Positions 58,880 through 64,000 of a stretch of DNA of 64,000 nt are shown here, piece after piece (the stretch's first letter is position 1; every line of letters begins with the position of its first letter). The DNA is from an uncultured Chlamydiales bacterium (GTDB taxonomy: Bacteria > Chlamydiota > Chlamydiia > Chlamydiales > Rhabdochlamydiaceae), in assembly GCA_963700985.1 (NCBI GenBank), contig OY969554.1:256001-320000 (forward strand). Reading direction: 5' to 3'. Below the pieces are notes generated by a model, which worked only from the letters and a program-made list of their open reading frames with translations, did not search any database and was not told where the DNA came from. A program made the position numbers and the translations under genes.

Positions 58880-58913
58880 AAAACCCTTTATGAAGTAAAC
58901 AGTAGGATCTTAT

Positions 58914-59834
58914 ATGCGTACTCGTTCCTCAGAACTTAAAAAGCCTTCGTTCTTTACTCGTATCTTAGCACGAGGAGTCGACTATTGCCTCCTGTATGCC
59001 TTAGGCATTCTTGTCTCTCTCGTATTGCCGGTTGAGGTGAGCAATTTATTTTACATAGTTTATGCCCTCACTGTGCCTGCACTTTTTGTGTCGATAGAAG
59101 CTCTGCTTTTAAGTACGTGGGGAAGCACACCTGGTAAAGCTCTTTTAGGCATTACAGTCCTACATAAAGATGGCAAGAAGCTTTCGATTCATGAAGCCAT
59201 GAGACGAGCTGCCTTTATCGGCAAACGTCCTGGTAGCCTTTTACAAGGTGATCCTGGTTTTTTACGTCGCTTTGCCGCTTATGCTCTTGCCGTGAGCTTG
59301 ATCGTATTCTCAGCACTTAGCAAAAATATTACTGATTCATCGATTGGGGGAGAGAAAGCTCAGAAGGTTTCAGGATGGGTTCAATACTCATCTACAGAGG
59401 CTGGATTTCGCGTCGACTTTCCTAAAGATCCTGTAATTGAATCTAAAGAGGTAGCAAGTACCGAGGGATCTGTTAACTATAATGAATACACCAGTGAAGG
59501 TAAGTCAAAAGTTACTTATGCAGTAAGTTACATCGATATTCCTAAAAAATGGGGATTTGTTAGTTCGAAGAGGATTTTAAAGGGCGTACTCGATGTCTTG
59601 CTAAAGTTAGATCCAGAAACTGTACTTCTTAACAAAGCTTTCGCTTCTCATGCAGAGCACTCAGCTCTGAACTTCCATTCAAAAAAGGGAGATGAAGAGG
59701 TGAGCGGCAGATTGATTCGAGTAGGTCAGAGGCTGTTTAAGCTAACCATTACCTATCCAACAGCTACGCCAGAACATCTTGTTACACATACCTTCCTCGA
59801 CTCTTTCGAGTTAGTAAAAACTGCTAAGCAGTAA
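58914..59834 (+). CDS. RDD family membrane protein with C-terminal soluble domain
   Basis: RILARGVD and GSTPGKALLGI RDD motifs; C-terminal GFRVDFP domain. Confidence 0.8.
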   Translation: MRTRSSELKKPSFFTRILARGVDYCLLYALGILVSLVLPVEVSNLFYIVYALTVPALFVSIEALLLSTWGSTPGKALLGITVLHKDGKKLSIHEAMRRAAFIGKRPGSLLQGDPGFLRRFAAYALAVSLIVFSALSKNITDSSIGGEKAQKVSGWVQYSSTEAGFRVDFPKDPVIESKEVASTEGSVNYNEYTSEGKSKVTYAVSYIDIPKKWGFVSSKRILKGVLDVLLKLDPETVLLNKAFASHAEHSALNFHSKKGDEEVSGRLIRVGQRLFKLTITYPTATPEHLVTHTFLDSFELVKTAKQ

Positions 59835-59840
59835 ACCATC

Positions 59841-59877
59841 AATCCAGCTAAACCCTTAGCTGGATTTTCTTTTTTTT
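59841..59877 (+). terminator. Intrinsic terminator
   Basis: AATCCAGCTAA-ACCC-TTAGCTGGATT followed by a long T run. Confidence 0.8.
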
Positions 59878-59901
59878 AGATCTCATAGCACAGAAGAATT
59901 A

Positions 59902-59980
59902 AACCACAGAGTCACAGAGAGCACAGAGTTAAGAAAAGAAAATCCTTTCTTAACTCTGTGCTCTCTGTGACTCTGTGGTT
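59902..59980. repeat. Perfect 35-bp inverted repeat of CACAGAG units (family A, copy 2)
   Basis: Arms 59902-59936 and 59946-59980 are exact reverse complements. Confidence 0.95.
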
Positions 59981-60001
59981 AATCTTAAGACCCCCTCAAC
60001 A

Positions 60002-62089
60002 CTAAAGTTGATTTGCAGCTTGGATGCGTTCGAGGTAAATTCGGGTAGGGGCGTCGGCAGGATAGCGTTGTTGGATTTGTAGAAAGAGCTTTTTGGCCTC
60101 TTCCATTTTTCCGGCATAGAAAGCATTGTAAGCTTCTGTAAATGCCCGGCATAGTTCGATTTCAGCAGGAGTCGGTGCAACTTCAACTTCTTTTTGCATG
60201 CCTACTAATTCATAAATTTCAAGTTTCTGCTTTTTACCCTTCACGGCAACGATATCAAGTGGGCGAGTTACAAAACTCGCATCTAGGCTCTCTTTTACGG
60301 TTTGACTAATAGTGATTGAAGTTTGATAGGCTTTGTTGATTCCTTCAAGACGTGAAGCGATGTTGACGCTATCGCCAATCGCTGTATAGTTCATGCGTTC
60401 GGCAGTACCAATATTTCCCACAATCACTTCTCCTGCATGAATGCCAAAGCGGGTATACCATTTTTCTTCACCATTTTCTTTTAAGAGCTGTCGGCAAGCT
60501 TTGCGGCAGCGCAATGCCGCCAGACATGCTTTATTTGCCTGTTCATCGACTATTTTTGGAGCACCCCAAAAGGCCATGATGCTGTCACCGATAAATTTAT
60601 CAATCGTACCCTCTGTTTCTAAGATAATCTTAGAGAGAAGATCGAAATATTCAGCTAGGGAAGACATCAATGTTTCTACCGGCATCGCTTCTGAGCTGCT
60701 GGTGAAATCCTTAATATCGGTGAACATAATGGTAATCGTACGTTTTTCTCCGCCTAGGACGATTTCACGACCCTGCTCCACCAATGATCTGACAATCTCT
60801 TTTGGCACATACCGCCCAAAGGAATGTAATGCGGCGCGCATGGCTGTAATGGAAGAGTCTAAAGTCATGATTTCTTGAATGTGTGTCTTAATTTTAATAG
60901 GATTCTCAAAATCAAAATGCCGAATTTTATCAACCTCATGGGCGAGTTCAACGATCGGTTTGGAGATGTGTTTAGAGGAGTAAAATACAAAGATTGCAAA
61001 CAAGACCAAAATGGCTAAGCAGATGAGGATTGTTTGATGTTGGGTTTTGATCGTTTGTCCAAAAAAATCCTCGAAAGGTACGGCAACTGCAATTGACCAT
61101 TTCTGAGCAAGTGAGATTGGGAAGTTAGAGATATAGACGATATATCTAACCTTCTCGTATTCCATCAAAAAATGGGTCTGGCGTGAGAGAGTAAATTGTT
61201 GAAAAGCTGGGGCAATAATATTTTGGGCAATGCCCTTTGAAGCTGAATCCAAATTATTGGGGGCTGGCACTAGGAGGCTTCCTTGGGAATCAAGCACAAA
61301 AGCCTTTCCAGTGACTCCGATCCTTTGATGTGTGATGAAATTAGAGAGGAATTTAAGAGAGAGATTGATTCCTATCACCGCCTTGAATTTTCCCTCGCTG
61401 TCTGTGACAGGTGCAGACACTGTAATTCCAGGTTCGCCACCTGTAATCTGTTTAGCCAACCCTCTAGGTAAATAGGTGTTACTCCACTGAATGGATGGCC
61501 ACTTCTGCATGTCAGTAAACCAAGAGTCGGTTTTTGGATCGTAGCTGATTGGTGAAACAGTTTCCGACGCTAAAACGCTCATATCCGTGCCCAAATATTG
61601 CCAAGTCTCGCTAGGTGGGGTCTGCTGCTGGTCGATGATGCGCACAGCGTATTTCGAGCCTTGTGGGAGTGACTGTTCAGGCTTGGAATAGTAAGTTGTT
61701 ATGTTAGCTAGGCTTAAATTGATCGTTGAAATGAAGCTTGAATTTTCGAGCGCGACGTTAATGCTATAGACCATCTGGTCGTTTTTAAGCGCATTGATGA
61801 GAAAAGAGACTAAGTTATTGTGAAGCGCGGTATTTGGATCGGTGTTGCTTAGAGCGCCTTTTGTCAGTTCAGATAGAAGCTTGGCTTGATCCGTAATGTT
61901 GTCGATCTTTAAGACGAGGTCATCGCTTGTCTCATGGATCATGGCATCAGAGAGATCTACAATTCCCCTATAGTTTCTACTGTATGTAAAAAAAATAGTG
62001 AAAAGGCAGGCGGTGCTGATTAATAGAAGAAAAACAGTGACAATGTCGACTCTAATTTTTCTTACTTTAAAAGGATTTGGCACGGCCAT
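60002..62089 (-). CDS. Class III adenylate cyclase with periplasmic Cache-like sensor and HAMP domain
   Basis: TM, periplasmic domain, TM, HAMP; FTDIKDFT, IDKFIGD and YTAIGDSVNIASRLE motifs (Lys/Thr suggest ATP specificity). Confidence 0.92.
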   Translation of the reverse strand: MAVPNPFKVRKIRVDIVTVFLLLISTACLFTIFFTYSRNYRGIVDLSDAMIHETSDDLVLKIDNITDQAKLLSELTKGALSNTDPNTALHNNLVSFLINALKNDQMVYSINVALENSSFISTINLSLANITTYYSKPEQSLPQGSKYAVRIIDQQQTPPSETWQYLGTDMSVLASETVSPISYDPKTDSWFTDMQKWPSIQWSNTYLPRGLAKQITGGEPGITVSAPVTDSEGKFKAVIGINLSLKFLSNFITHQRIGVTGKAFVLDSQGSLLVPAPNNLDSASKGIAQNIIAPAFQQFTLSRQTHFLMEYEKVRYIVYISNFPISLAQKWSIAVAVPFEDFFGQTIKTQHQTILICLAILVLFAIFVFYSSKHISKPIVELAHEVDKIRHFDFENPIKIKTHIQEIMTLDSSITAMRAALHSFGRYVPKEIVRSLVEQGREIVLGGEKRTITIMFTDIKDFTSSSEAMPVETLMSSLAEYFDLLSKIILETEGTIDKFIGDSIMAFWGAPKIVDEQANKACLAALRCRKACRQLLKENGEEKWYTRFGIHAGEVIVGNIGTAERMNYTAIGDSVNIASRLEGINKAYQTSITISQTVKESLDASFVTRPLDIVAVKGKKQKLEIYELVGMQKEVEVAPTPAEIELCRAFTEAYNAFYAGKMEEAKKLFLQIQQRYPADAPTRIYLERIQAANQL

Positions 62090-62104
62090 GTCGATTCCTA
62101 GCTG

Positions 62105-62695
62105 TTACTTTTTGGCGCTCTGTTTTGTTGTAGGGGGAGTGCCATTCTCTTTGGAGTTTTCAGAGATCTTAATGATCGAAAATAGGAAGCTGGTTATGGC
62201 GGGCTCATTGTCAGGCTGAATGAAGATAAATCCCAATGAGGGACCACTAGATGAATAGCCTGCACTAATCGTATCTCCCGCTTTGAGCGTTAGCGCGGCT
62301 TGTGAGACCACTACTCCAATTTGCGTAGAATCGCTAATTGACATGCGGCATCCAGAGTTAGGAATTGACTTGCCGTTTTTGATAAACCAGAGATCCATAT
62401 ATCCAGAAGCTTCAGAAGTAATCGCACCCACTTGGCCAGAGGCGATGATGAGATAAACGCCATCTTCTTTGATGATTACTTTATCTTTTTTGGGGCCAAC
62501 TTCAAGGTTTAGGATTTCATCAATCATTTCCATTTTGACTAAATTCGTGCCCGCCGAAGTAGGCGCTTGCGTAGTCAAACTAGAGAGTTGCCCATAAGAA
62601 GTGGCATTTAAAGCTTCTAATTTAAATAGAAAGACTATTGGCAGAACTATTCGGAAAATATGACTGCGCAAGATGTTGGTAATTAATTTAAGCAT
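62105..62695 (-). CDS. Exported protein with probable C1q/TNF-like beta-sandwich
   Basis: Signal peptide; pattern IKEDGVYLIIASGQ...LWFIKNG...LTLKAGDTIS. Confidence 0.6.
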   Translation of the reverse strand: MLKLITNILRSHIFRIVLPIVFLFKLEALNATSYGQLSSLTTQAPTSAGTNLVKMEMIDEILNLEVGPKKDKVIIKEDGVYLIIASGQVGAITSEASGYMDLWFIKNGKSIPNSGCRMSISDSTQIGVVVSQAALTLKAGDTISAGYSSSGPSLGFIFIQPDNEPAITSFLFSIIKISENSKENGTPPTTKQSAKK

Positions 62696-62752
62696 AAGCT
62701 TTTCCTTCTGGAGATGATCTATTCTTCAATAAATATTTCCCGAAGGAATTTG

Positions 62753-63370
62753 TCAAGGCTTCTTCGATGAATGAAGATCTTTCAGCCAGAAGACTAGGGA
62801 TTTAACAGAAACTTGCTCTTCACCTAAGTCTGGCCAGGCGACATCACACGTCAGTTCTGGATGTTTGACATAACCGCGCTTTTTCCAAAAGTCTGCAAGA
62901 GGGACATAATCATCAGGTTTGCGCGGATCGTCGTCTGTGCGGATCGTACTGCAGAAGCAGGTATGCGTATAGGTGCGCAGTTTTTGCGCATGTGCCTCAC
63001 GCTCATCAAAAAAGTGGTGGCCAAGACCCCGACCCCGGTATTTTTTTAAGAGCATGGATTCGCTAAAGTAGTAATAGGAAGAAAGCTCGAGCTTGCTCTC
63101 GATGAAGGGTTTTTTTACTTCTTCGATCTCATTTTCAAGCGGAATCCCTGTGGAAACACCGACGATTTCGGAGCCATCAAAGACAACCACTAATACCGCA
63201 TCTTTGCAATCAGCATATTTTTTTAAATACTCTACCTCATCTTGCATGTTACCTTCATACAGATAGGGATAGTCGCGAAAGACCTCAATGCGCAGCCGGG
63301 CAATAGCGGGAAGGTAGGTTTTCATTGCAGTGCCAGTGAATTTGCAGATCTTGATATTCGATTGTGACAT
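62753..63370 (-). CDS. GNAT family N-acetyltransferase
   Basis: LRIEVFRDYPYLY, ESMLLKKYRGRGLG and FWKKRGY motifs; GGAGG RBS before ATG 63370. Confidence 0.9.
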   Translation of the reverse strand: MSQSNIKICKFTGTAMKTYLPAIARLRIEVFRDYPYLYEGNMQDEVEYLKKYADCKDAVLVVVFDGSEIVGVSTGIPLENEIEEVKKPFIESKLELSSYYYFSESMLLKKYRGRGLGHHFFDEREAHAQKLRTYTHTCFCSTIRTDDDPRKPDDYVPLADFWKKRGYVKHPELTCDVAWPDLGEEQVSVKSLVFWLKDLHSSKKP

Positions 63371-63498
63371 GAATCCAAACCTCCTAAAGAAGTTGCAAAT
63401 GTCTGATGGCTTGTTAAAATCTAGATTTTTCAAACCGCGAGATTTTTGCTATCTTCTCCTTTTTTTAATAATTTCTTAACTTATCCAGAGGAAAAATT

Positions 63499-64000
63499 AT
63501 GGCCAAGCTTTATTTTAGACACGGTACGGTTGGAAGTGCCAAGACGCTTAATCTTCTAGCTGTTGCGCATAACTATCGCAACCAAGGTAAAAACGTCCTG
63601 CTGCTCAAGCCGGAAATGGAAGAGCGCTTTGGCCGAGAAAGGATCCGTTCCCGAGCTGGCCTCGAAATGGATGCGGATATCCTGGTTAATTCCGAAACAG
63701 ATCTTTTAAGCTACAACCTCGAGACAGTCAGCTGTATTTTAGTTGACGAAGCGCAGTTTCTGGGCAGCGTCATCATCGATCAGCTGCGCGAGATCACTCT
63801 TAGCAAAAACATACCCGTCATCTGTTATGGACTCAGGACAGATTTTCGCACTAAGCTGTTCGAAGGTTCGCTTAGATTGATGGAGCTTGCCGATTCTATC
63901 GAAGAGGTCAAAGCGACCTGCCATTTCTGCGAGCGCAAATCGATCATGAATCTCAAGCACGTAAACGGCATTGCCACCCTCGACGGGCCCACCGTCCAAC
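63499..64000 (+). CDS. tdk: Thymidine kinase (3' end runs off the window)
   Basis: Not in the ORF track. Translates as MAKLYFRHGTVGSAKTLNLL...IRSRAG...ILVDEAQF...PVICYGLRTDF...LFEGS...CHFC. Confidence 0.93.
   Translation, partial: MAKLYFRHGTVGSAKTLNLLAVAHNYRNQGKNVLLLKPEMEERFGRERIRSRAGLEMDADILVNSETDLLSYNLETVSCILVDEAQFLGSVIIDQLREITLSKNIPVICYGLRTDFRTKLFEGSLRLMELADSIEEVKATCHFCERKSIMNLKHVNGIATLDGPTVQ

Overview
Chromosomal segment of a Chlamydiota bacterium, most likely an environmental lineage. Support: PknD-like kinase, double-length UvrA divergent from pyk, the lpxL-ybbR-dacA block, and nusB/murB close to infC-rpmI-rplT-pheS with no pheT. The housekeeping backbone is interrupted by two paralog arrays: four tandem non-Pmp autotransporters (21.4-32.7 kb) and five tandem divergent F-box/LRR proteins (44.0-52.7 kb). 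It also carries several orphan effector-like genes, tRNA-Val(GAC) and tRNA-Ser(TGA). Most notable: (1) a 749-aa Ser/Pro-rich protein whose C-terminal domain has an EndoU-like His/His/Lys RNase signature and no immunity gene; (2) an intact but catalytically eroded ThrRS paralog at the canonical thrS position; (3) several families of intergenic palindromes built from 7-9-nt tandem units, one with compensatory changes between copies; (4) an RPE-like palindromic element; (5) tRNA-Ser-linked repeats. No CRISPR array, rRNA, transposase, integrase or reverse transcriptase was seen. All assignments come from reading motifs by eye; no searches were run.
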